29,739 bases of DNA. It comes from Fonticula alba ATCC 38817 (lineage: Eukaryota > Protista > Nucleariida). Below the pieces are notes generated by a model. The model did no database searches. It saw nothing but the letters and a program-made list of their open reading frames with translations, and was not told the origin of the DNA. Position 1 is the stretch's first letter, and each line of letters opens with the position of its first letter. Location: the NCBI GenBank assembly GCA_000388065.2, contig KB932219.1. The stretch is one strand, 5' to 3'. This document shows, in pieces, positions 21,648 through 29,739 of the stretch. The position numbers and the translations under genes were made by a program.

Positions 21648-24500
21648 CGAGACGCCGGTCGCGTGCCAGGCCATCGCCCGGCGTGAGGCAGTCCTCGCGC
21701 GCCGGGCCGACGCAGGCCGAGCACTCGGGGTGGCAGGCGACACAGGCCGGCACCGGGGCATCCCACTGGGGGAAGAAGCCGTCCGGGCACACTTCCACGC
21801 ACGACGCCCGGGCCAGCAGCAGGAAGCCCGAGGCACAGCCGTGGCAGGAGTCGGCCTCCGGGCAGACACGCGGCCCGGAGGGGCCGGGCGCCGCGCAGGC
21901 CGGGGTGCCGGGCCCGGCGGAGCAGCGCTCGCAGTGCGCCGGGCAGGCGGCCAGGCAGGCCCCGGCCGCGTGGTCCAGCCAGTGGGTGGCATCGGCGCAG
22001 GCGGTGCACCGGGCCTCGGCCGGCTCGGTGGCCACCGAGCCGGCCGGAGGAACTCCCCGATCGAGCAGGCCCCGGCACAGCGCCCGGTCCGGGGCGAGAG
22101 CAGGAGCCCGGGCTCGCAGTCGGTGCAGCGCGATGCGCACGCGGCGGCGTCCGGGTCGAAGGCCGACAGGTAGCCGGTGCAGCCGGCCGGGCAAGCGGCC
22201 GCCAGGGCACCGGCAAAGTGCCCGGCCGAGCGGGAGGTCACGCAGTGGCCCTCCTGCGGGAGGTGCCCCTCCGGGCAGGCGATGCAATCGCCCGGGTCCG
22301 GGCCCTGGCACAGCCGGCAGGCCGGCGAGCAGGCGCGGCACGCACGCCCGCCCGGGGCCGGGCGCTGTCCGGCAAATTGCCCGGCCGGACAGGCGCCAAT
22401 GCACGATCCATCCAGGGCCAGGACCCGGGAGTCGGGACAGGCGGTGCAGTCCGAGGCCCCGGGCCCGGAGCAGGCCGCGCACGAGGGCCTACATGGCTGG
22501 CAGGTGGCCCCGGCGGGGAAGGTCCCGGCCGGGCAGTCGGCCAGGCAGACCCCGGCCGGGAGGAATGGCCGGGCCGGGCTGCAAGCGAGACAGTGCTCGG
22601 GCCCCGGGCCGTGGCAGGTGGCGCATGTGTCATGGCAGGTGGCACACACCCCGCCCAGGGCCGAGGACCCGGGGGCGCAGGTCAGCACACAGGCCGACGC
22701 CTCCAGGAGCCAGCCCCGGTCGCAGAGGGCACAGGCCGACGCGTCGGCCGGGCAGCTGGCGCACTTGGCCGGGCATGCGGCGCACCCGGCGGCCGAAGTG
22801 CTGTACCCGACCGGGCGGCCGGGCACACAGCGCATGGGGGTGGCCCCGGCCGGCAGGGCCAGCAGCCCGGCCGGGCAGCCGGCCGTGCACTCGGTGGACT
22901 TGGTGCCGGAGCACGCCTCGCAGGAGGCATGGCAGGGGAGGCACCGCTGGCCGATGGCCACATGCCGGGCAGCGCACTCCTGCACGCACCGGCCCGCCTG
23001 GAGCACGGACCCGGTGCACCGCCAGCGGTGCCCATCGGTGGGGCCATTGCACTCGGCGCAGGCCGGGTCGCAGGGCTGGCAGGCGACCTCGCCCGGGGGG
23101 CGGAAGGCCCCGGCCGGGCAGGCCGACACGCCGGTGACCAGCCCCTCCGCCGGGCCGGCGAGGGCATCCAGCCCGGCGATGCAGGCCGTGCATTCGGCGC
23201 CGGTGGGCCCGGCGCACCCGGCACACCGCGAGTCACAGGGCTGGCATGTGGCGGACCCGCCATCGGGGTAGGTGGCGCCCGGGCAGACGGCCACACACTG
23301 GCCATCGTGCGCCAGGAGGAGGCCCCCCCCCCCCGGCAGGAGAGGCAGACGCCGGCCGGGCAGGGCACACAGGCGGCCGTCCCATGCGGCGGGGTGGCCG
23401 GGGCGGCGGCCCACCGGTGGCCCGGGCCGCAGACCGTGCACGCCTCCGGCCCGCCGGAGCACAGGGCACAGGCGTCGGCGCACGGCCGGCACCGGCCCGG
23501 CCCGGTGTACTGCCCTGGCAGGCAGGCGGCCCCGCACAGCGACCGGGCCAGCGGGTCCTCCAGCAGGAAGACCAGCCCCTGCTTGCACGCGGAGCAGGCA
23601 TCGCCGCCGGTGCATTCGGCGCAGGAGGAGTGGCACGGGGCGCAGGAGGAGTGGCACGGGGCGCAGGACCCGTCGCCGGGGTCGGAGTGCCCGGCCGGGC
23701 AGACCTCGCACACGTCGGCCCGGGAGCACTGCAGGCAGCCGGTCGGGCAGACGGTGCGGGCGGCGGGGCTGCCCGGGGCCGAGCACTCGGCCCGGGACCC
23801 GTGGCAGGGGGCGCACGCCCGGCCGGCGGCATCCGGGGCCATGCCGGCCGGGCAGCCGCTGGCACAGGTGCCGGTGTCCGGCAGCAGGAGGTAGCCCGCC
23901 TGGCAGTCCGGGCAGGCGATGCAGGCCCCGGTGGCCGGGCTGCCGACCGGCGGGGCCCCGGTGGCCCAGCGGAACCCCGGGCGGCAGGTGACACAGGCGT
24001 CCGGGGCCCCGGCGCACTGGGCGCACCCGCCATCGGTGCAGGGCTCGCACGACCGCGTGGCGGCCTGGGGCCGGGTGCCCTCCGGGCAGGTCCCGGCACA
24101 GGTCCGGCTCGGCTGGAGGAGGTCCCCGGGCAGGGCGCACCGGACACCGGCGCCCGGGTCCCCCGGCCGGGTGCACTCGGCGCACAGCCGGTCGCAGGGG
24201 TGGCAGCGCGTCGGGTCGCCCGGGCCCAGGGCATGGCCCCCGGGGCAGGCGGTGCAAATGTACCCCTCGTCGGCGGCCGGGGCGCAGGCCGCGCAGCCGG
24301 GCTGGCACCGGCAGGCGCCGCTCCCATCCGGGACCAGCCCCTCCGGGCACCGGGGCAGGCAGGCGTCCGGCGCGTGGGGCAGGAGCCGGTCGCACCGGGT
24401 GTCGGTGCACTGGTCGGGCGTGGGCCCGGTGCAGGTGCGGCAGGACCCGGCGCTGGGGGCGCACTCGGGGCCGAAGGTGCCGGCCGGGCACTCGGGCAGG
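21648..24500 (-). repeat. Array of roughly 20 furin-like cysteine-rich (growth-factor-receptor-type) protein repeats
   Basis: Recurrent CxxCHxxCxxCxGPxxxxCxxC...C...CPxG pattern over about 950 codons, across three ORF-track frames. Confidence 0.9.
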
Positions 24501-24585
24501 CTGCTCAGGGCCCGGGGGCCGTGGTCAGGATGGCATCCGGCCCGAGGTCCGGCAGGCCGGGCAGGCTGCTCAGGGCCCGGGGGCC
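24493..24585. repeat. Perfect 28-bp direct repeat pair (24493-24520 and 24558-24585) with a 37-bp spacer
   Basis: CGGGCAGGCTGCTCAGGGCCCGGGGGCC occurs twice, 65 nt apart. Confidence 0.9.
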
Positions 24586-25812
24586 CGGCTGGCAGGGCCC
24601 GGCCAGCTGGCCCGGGGGCCCGGGCACCGAAGCAGCACCACCCCCACATGCTGGCCATGCAAAACCACCAACGGCCCCGGGGTAGTGGGGCAGGTCGTGC
24701 AGCGGCAGCATGGCCGCCGCCACCGGGGCCACCCCGGCCGCCGGCCAAGCGACCGGCACCCGAGCCAGGAGGCGCCCGGCGCCGGGGATGTCCCGGGTCC
24801 GGCCCTGGGGACCCATGCCGGCCGGGTGGTGCACCACCGCCCAGTATACCTGGGAATTGAGCGACGCCAGCCCCGTGTGCAGGATGCCGGGCTGGAGGTG
24901 CTCCGGCGCCGAGCGCGACCCGTCCCCCATGCCCAGGACCTTCCACCCGTCGGCCGGGACCGGGGTGGCTGCCAGGGGCAGGCTCCGGCCTTGGGGGGAG
25001 CTGGCCGCGGCGCCGGGCACGGGCCCCCGGCCGGAGGCCAGGCGGGGCCCGGGCCGGGGGAGCCCAGTGAGCGGCCCGGCCACCGGGGCAGCCCCCGCCC
25101 CCCCCCGGCAAGGGTGCCACCCATGCCATCCGGGGGGTGGGAGGTGCCATACTGGAGCAGCGAGTCCCAGGCATGGGCCACCAGGCTGGCCCGCGAACGG
25201 TGGCACACCCATGCCCGGCGATCGTCGGTGCTCGGGTCCCAATGCGGCAGCATGGCCGCCGACTCCGGCAGCCGGACAATGGTGTGCGACCCGTCCGGGT
25301 GGAATTCCACCACCATGTCGCCGAAGCCCAGGGTCCAGGGGCCCAGCGGGTGGCCCGGCAGCGGGAAGGCAGCCGTGCCGGCCACGGACCGGGGGGCCCC
25401 CAGCTGCACGTCGCACCCCTGGTCGGGGGCGGGCCCCGGCAGGGTGCATGTGAGGGTGGCCCGGAAGAGCCCGCTCGACCGGGTGCGGATGATGAGGTCC
25501 AGCCGCACGGCGCCGGCCTGCAGGCGGGGGGCCAGCTCGAACAGCTGGGTGATGTTCTCCAAGGGGGCCAGGGTGTGGAGCTGGGTGACGGCCAGCGGCC
25601 CGGCCGGGTTCTGGCGCCGGGATCCCAAGTCCACGACGCCCAGCATATTGCCAAGGGCAATGGCCAGGAGGGAGGACGTCCTGGCCCCGGCGGCCAGGGA
25701 GGCATTGCTCACGTGGAGGCGTCGGTCTTGGAGGAACGTGCGCGAGGAGCACACCGCGGCCACGCCTCCGGGCGAGGCGTCCAGGATGCCGGCCTGGATG
25801 GCGAGGCTGGCC

Positions 25813-25839
25813 GGGGGGGGGGGGGGGGGGGGGGGGGGG
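25813..25839. repeat. G27 homopolymer inside an exon (poly-Pro on the minus strand)
   Basis: 27 consecutive G, read as GC-PPPPPPPPP-ASL in the minus coding frame. Confidence 0.9.
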
Positions 25840-26225
25840 CAGCCCGCCGCCGGGTGGGGCGACGGGCCGGGCAGGGTGCCGGCAGGGGCAGCGATCTGGC
25901 GGGGGGGCGTGATGCCGAGCGAGGCCAGGAGCGGTGAGGCACCCAGACGCGAGTAAGCCGGGAAGGGGATGCGCAAGTCGGCCAGGAGGGTGGGCGACCG
26001 CGGAGCAAAGGGGCTCACAATGCCGAGTCCCAGGCCGGAGGGGGGGCCGGGGCGCACACGCCGCCGGCGGCCTGCGTCCCGGCCGGGCAGCTGCCGGTGC
26101 AGACATCCGCCTGGCCGGGGCCTGGCCGGTGGAGGAGGAAGCCGGGTGCGCACACGAGGCAGGTGCCACTGGCGTCGGGGCATGTCCGGCAGTTGGTCAC
26201 CGCGCAGGGCAGGCAATCGACTGAG

Positions 26226-26410
26226 TGGGAGGAGGGGTGGGGAGGAGGGGGGGGGAGGGGGGGTGGGGAGGGGGAGGAGGAGGAGGAGGAGGAGACAATA
26301 AAGAAGAAGATGAGGAGGAGGAGGAGAGAATAAAGAAGAAGAGGAGGGGGAGGAGGAGAGAAAAAAGAAGAAGAGGAGGGGGAGGAGAGCAAAAGGAAGA
26401 GGAGGAGGGA
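26226..26410. repeat. (GGA)/(GAA)-rich purine tract within intron 26221-26507
   Basis: Directly visible; forms a long polypyrimidine tract on the sense (minus) strand. Confidence 0.9.
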
Positions 26411-28562
26411 AGTGGCAGCCATGGGGCCGAGAGGATACGAAAAGAGGCCAGGTTGGAGGGGACAGGGAGAACCAACAACAAAGCCCACGGCAGCCAGGGC
26501 CACGCACACTGGCCAGGGCCCAGGACCACGGAGAAGAAGCCATCCGCACAGCCGGCACACAGCTCCCGAAGGCGCTGGGGCTGCACACAATCGACCGGTC
26601 GGTGGCGCAGGCGGGGTCCCCATCCAGGAAGAAGGTCCGGTGGTGGATGACCAGGGCCAGGATCTCCGGCCGGCCGGCGCCCGGGGCCCACACCACGGGC
26701 TTGGCATTGTGCGGCTTGAGGTCCATGTTTTCGGCCCACCGGACGCGCTGCCAGGCGAAGGCCCCGCCGGCGGTCGGCTGGTGCCGCACGCGCCAGGGGG
26801 TGCGCTTGTTGTGCAGCAGCAGCAGCAGCAGCAGCAGCGCATTGCCCGGGTGGGCGGCGTCCTGCACCGGGGGGACCAGGAAGGCGGCCAGGGACTTTTG
26901 ATTGCCGGAGAGGGCGTTGCTTTGCAGCGGCCCCGGCACCGCGCCATCATCCCCGAGGCCGACATACACCAGGAGCCGGTCGCTCAGCATCACCACCAAG
27001 TCCATGTGGCCGGGGTCGGCCGAGAGGAAGCGCGTGGCCGCCAGGGCGATGGGCTTGGCCCCGAGGGAAACCGTCTGCGCCGGCTGCCCGGCCCGGACCC
27101 AGGCCCAGCCCTTTTCGAGGGCCACGAAAAGGTGCCCCGGCAGGCCGGGCACCGCCAGCTCCACCGGGTGCTTGGCATCCAGCATGGCCAGCGGGCCCCA
27201 GCCCCGGGTGGCGGCATTGTGCGTCACCGTGGCGAAGGTGGACTCGGGGCCGGTTTTGAATTGCACCAGCGCGGTGACCGTGTCCCGGCCGGATGCATGG
27301 CCGGCCAGCAGGAGGGGCCCATAACCGGGCCCAGGACAGGGGAGCTGCTGGCGGCCCCGCGCGAGACCCCCACCTGGGCGCCCTTCTGCCACAGGAAGAG
27401 CGGCTCCCGGCTGGCCGACGCCAGGGGCAGGGGCCCGACATCCGGGCTGGATGGCACCCCGGCGAGCGCCCCCTCGGAGGAGCCCCACGAGTTGAAGAGC
27501 ACCCCGGCGCGGATGTCCCCCAGATGGGCGACGTGCCGGTCGCGTGGGTCCACGCGCCACCGGCCGGGCGTGACGTCCGTGCAGGCCGGGCCCTCTCCCG
27601 GCAGGAGCCCGGTCATGAAGGGGTCCGACCGGCAGCCCGGGGCCTCGGGCGCCTCCACCAGGTAGTGGCTGTCGGCGGCCACGGCCGGCCAGCCGGCCAG
27701 GAGGAGCACGCCCAGAAGCAGGCCGAGGAGCAGTCGCGGGGGCGCCGGGCCCCCGGGGGCGAGGAGGGCCCGCCGTCCCGGCGTGCGCATGGCTGTCTGG
27801 ACAGAGGCACGCGGTGAGAGGACAGCTGAAGGGGGAGCGGGGCGCGGCCGGGTGAGGCATGGGAGAAGAGGTGCCGATCGCCGGGGGCCCCGGCCCGAGG
27901 GGGGGGCGCCATTTGAAGATCCGTCCCGAGGGCGGGGGGGGGGGGGGGGGGGGGGGGCGGGGCCCCCCAGCACCCCCCGGTCCCAGGGGGGCGGGGGGCG
28001 CCTTGGGAGAGGACGGGAGAGAGGAAGAGAGAGCAAAATTATCCCGGCGGGGGGGGGGAGCGGGGGACGGGCCCCCGGGGGTGGGGGGCCCCGGCGCCCC
28101 CCCCCCCCCCCCCCTCCCGAGACGGGGGCGGGATCTTGGGCGGCCGGCGCGTCGCCCGCCCCCAGGGACCGCCAGCATGCCTGGCGAGTCCTGTTTTCGT
28201 GCGTTTTTCGGCGGGCGGGCACTCGGCGGGGCGGAGGAATGCATGGAGCGCGTCCCGGTTCTGCCGCATCAGAATGGAATTGGGCTAAATCGCCGTTTGC
28301 CTTGGGGCACCAGGGGGGGGGGTGCAGTTCTGCCATGCCCGTCGGGGGACGCCGGCACGACAAACAATCAACCATGCCGCCGGGCCGGGGGGACCTGGGT
28401 GCCCGGAGCCGCAGCTCTAGGGCTTTTCGAGGATGGAGGCCGGGCGCGTGAGCGAGCTGGCCAGTGTGAGTTCCCCCGGGGCGGGGGGTGTGGGGTTCGG
28501 GTGACGTGTGACTTGGAACGGTTATGCTGATGCTGTCCCTGCTGGTGTTGAGGGCGTGTTCC

Positions 28563-28572
28563 AGAGCGAGAG

Positions 28573-28636
<64 letters not shown>

Positions 28637-28736
28637 CGAGAGAGACAAAGAGACAAAGAGAAAGAGTCACAGAGACAAGTACACAAAGAGACAAAGAGAA
28701 AGAGGCACAGAGAGACACAAAGAGACACAAAGAGAC
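28563..28736. repeat. (GA)n microsatellite with degenerate GACAAA/GACACA extension
   Basis: Directly visible intergenic dinucleotide run. Confidence 0.95.
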
Positions 28737-29074
28737 CGCCTTCGGGCTCGGTGCCGTGTGTTGCATGTTGTGTATTGCATGCTGCGCGTGGTGTGATGGC
28801 TGGGACATGTCCGGGGGGGCAGAGTGGCGAGGTGTCCCCGGCCAAGGGAAGGCTGCAACACCACGGACCCTGGGGGGCGGGGCCGCACAACACTCGGGGC
28901 AAAATGCCGCAGCTGCTGCCCCGCCGGACGGGGCGGCCGCCCACCTATGGGGTCCCCCTCCGTGGGGCCTTGCACGGGGCACCATCTCGCTGCCCCCGGC
29001 TGAGGCAAGGAGGGGGGGCATTCACAACGGACATGGCCGCCGGCAGGCAAGAGAGCGGCCGGCCGGCCTTGAGC

Positions 29075-29739
29075 TCAGGGAAAGGCAGCCGCCAGGCCGG
29101 CCAGCGAGGCGGCCAGGGCCGCGGCGCCCGGGCGCTCGCGCGGGTCCGCCGCCCACGCCTGCCAGTAGGCCTGCTGGAAGGCCGCCAGCCAGGGCGCGGC
29201 ACTGGCCGCATCGGCCAGCCGCACCGGGGCCCCGGTGCCCGGGGCCACATCCGGCCGCTTGCCGTCCAGCACCGCGCGCAGGATATCCGCTTGCGGGGTG
29301 CCTGCGGCGCATGGGTAGTGGGTCGGTCAGTGGTCGGGGCGAGATGAGCAGAGAGGGGGCCCACACACGGGGGACAAAGCAGAACACGCACCGGACCAGG
29401 GCCGAGCCGCGGCCACCAGGCTGAAGAGCAGTACGCCCAGCGAGTAGATGTCCACCTTCAGCAGGGACACCACGCTGCTGTCCGGCGGGGCCAGGGCGAA
29501 GGGCAGCCCGTGCAGCCGGGCCAGCGTCTCCGGCGGGGCGTACGCCAGACTGCCGGCCGCCACGTCCCCCAGCGTCGGGATCACCGAGAACCGGTTCAGC
29601 ACCAGGGCCACGCCGAAGTCCCCGATGACCGGCTGCAGGCGTGACGGGTCCGCCGGGTCCGGCCGGACAAACACATTCTCCGGCTTCAGGTCCTTGTGCA
29701 CCACGCCGTGCGCGTGGATGAAGGCCACCCCGGCGGCTA
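29075..29739 (-). CDS. C-terminal half of a second TKL-type protein kinase (5' part outside window; exons 29392-29739 and 29075-29301)
   Basis: HAHGVVHKDLKPENV, IGDFG, LAYAPPE, VDIYSLGVLLF and WAADPRERP motifs. Phase-1 intron 29302-29391 (GTGCGT..ACTGAC..GCAG). TGA stop at 29075-29077. Confidence 0.93.

Larger units (their letters stand above)
19573..27790 (-). pseudogene. Receptor-like TKL protein kinase gene (signal peptide, ectodomain, about 20 furin-like repeats, TM, kinase) with about nine frame disruptions; pseudogene or error-rich assembly
   Basis: ATG at 27790 gives MRTPGRRALL...LLLGLLLGVLLLAGWPAVAA. Introns 26221-26507, 21514-21647, 21311-21403, 21214-21294, 21067-21186, 20804-20895 and 20369-20745 are all phase-consistent. 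The coding frame switches without splice signals near 27315, 26558, 26043, 25102, 24677, 24616, 24516, 23328 and 22049. Five repeat cysteines and the kinase subdomain IX Asp appear substituted. Confidence 0.65.

Noticed and set aside
22230-23027. C-to-U RNA editing restoring CGC to UGC cysteines
   Set aside because: It would explain only three of six substitutions. GGC, TAC and GGT cannot be fixed this way, so decay is simpler.
24493-24585. CRISPR-like repeat-spacer-repeat (28-bp repeat, 37-bp spacer)
   Set aside because: Only two copies, inside a eukaryotic coding region, with no cas genes or leader.
26814-26837. (CTG)8 poly-Leu in the ectodomain as a second TM helix
   Set aside because: The hydrophobic stretch is only about 10 residues and derives from a triplet microsatellite; too short for a TM segment.
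27348-27373. 26-nt GT..AG mini-intron that would fix the first frameshift of the kinase gene
   Set aside because: Far shorter than the other introns here (67 nt or more) and without a branch point; a one-base indel explains it as well. Not fully excluded without RNA data.

Overview
Very GC-rich eukaryotic genomic scaffold with spliceosomal introns (GT..AG, CTRAC/CTCAC branch points), microsatellites and four N-gaps (980-989, 3711-4590, 14714-15518, 20481-20697). GC content, splice signals and gene types suggest the aggregative amoeba Fonticula alba or a relative (inference, not verified). Most long ORFs in the supplied track are GC-rich shadow frames. The supportable content is as follows. 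(A) On the minus strand, 990-10431, two tandem paralogous copies of a secreted or cell-surface module (signal peptide, FG-GAP/VCBS-type DxDxDG repeats, EGF/laminin-like and furin-like Cys repeats); the copies are a mosaic of about 98%-identical and strongly diverged blocks. (B) On the plus strand, 13640-18238, a multi-exon gene whose product looks like about five tandem NSF/Cdc48-type N-domains with no visible AAA ATPase. (C) On the minus strand, 19573-27790, a receptor-like TKL kinase gene (signal peptide, large ectodomain, about 20 furin-like repeats, TM helix, non-RD kinase) broken by about nine frame disruptions and several lost conserved residues. (D) On the minus strand, 29075 to the window end, the C-terminal half of a second non-RD TKL kinase. 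No rRNA, tRNA, CRISPR array or transposase was found. Exon boundaries were derived by hand, and family assignments rest on motif recall without database searches.
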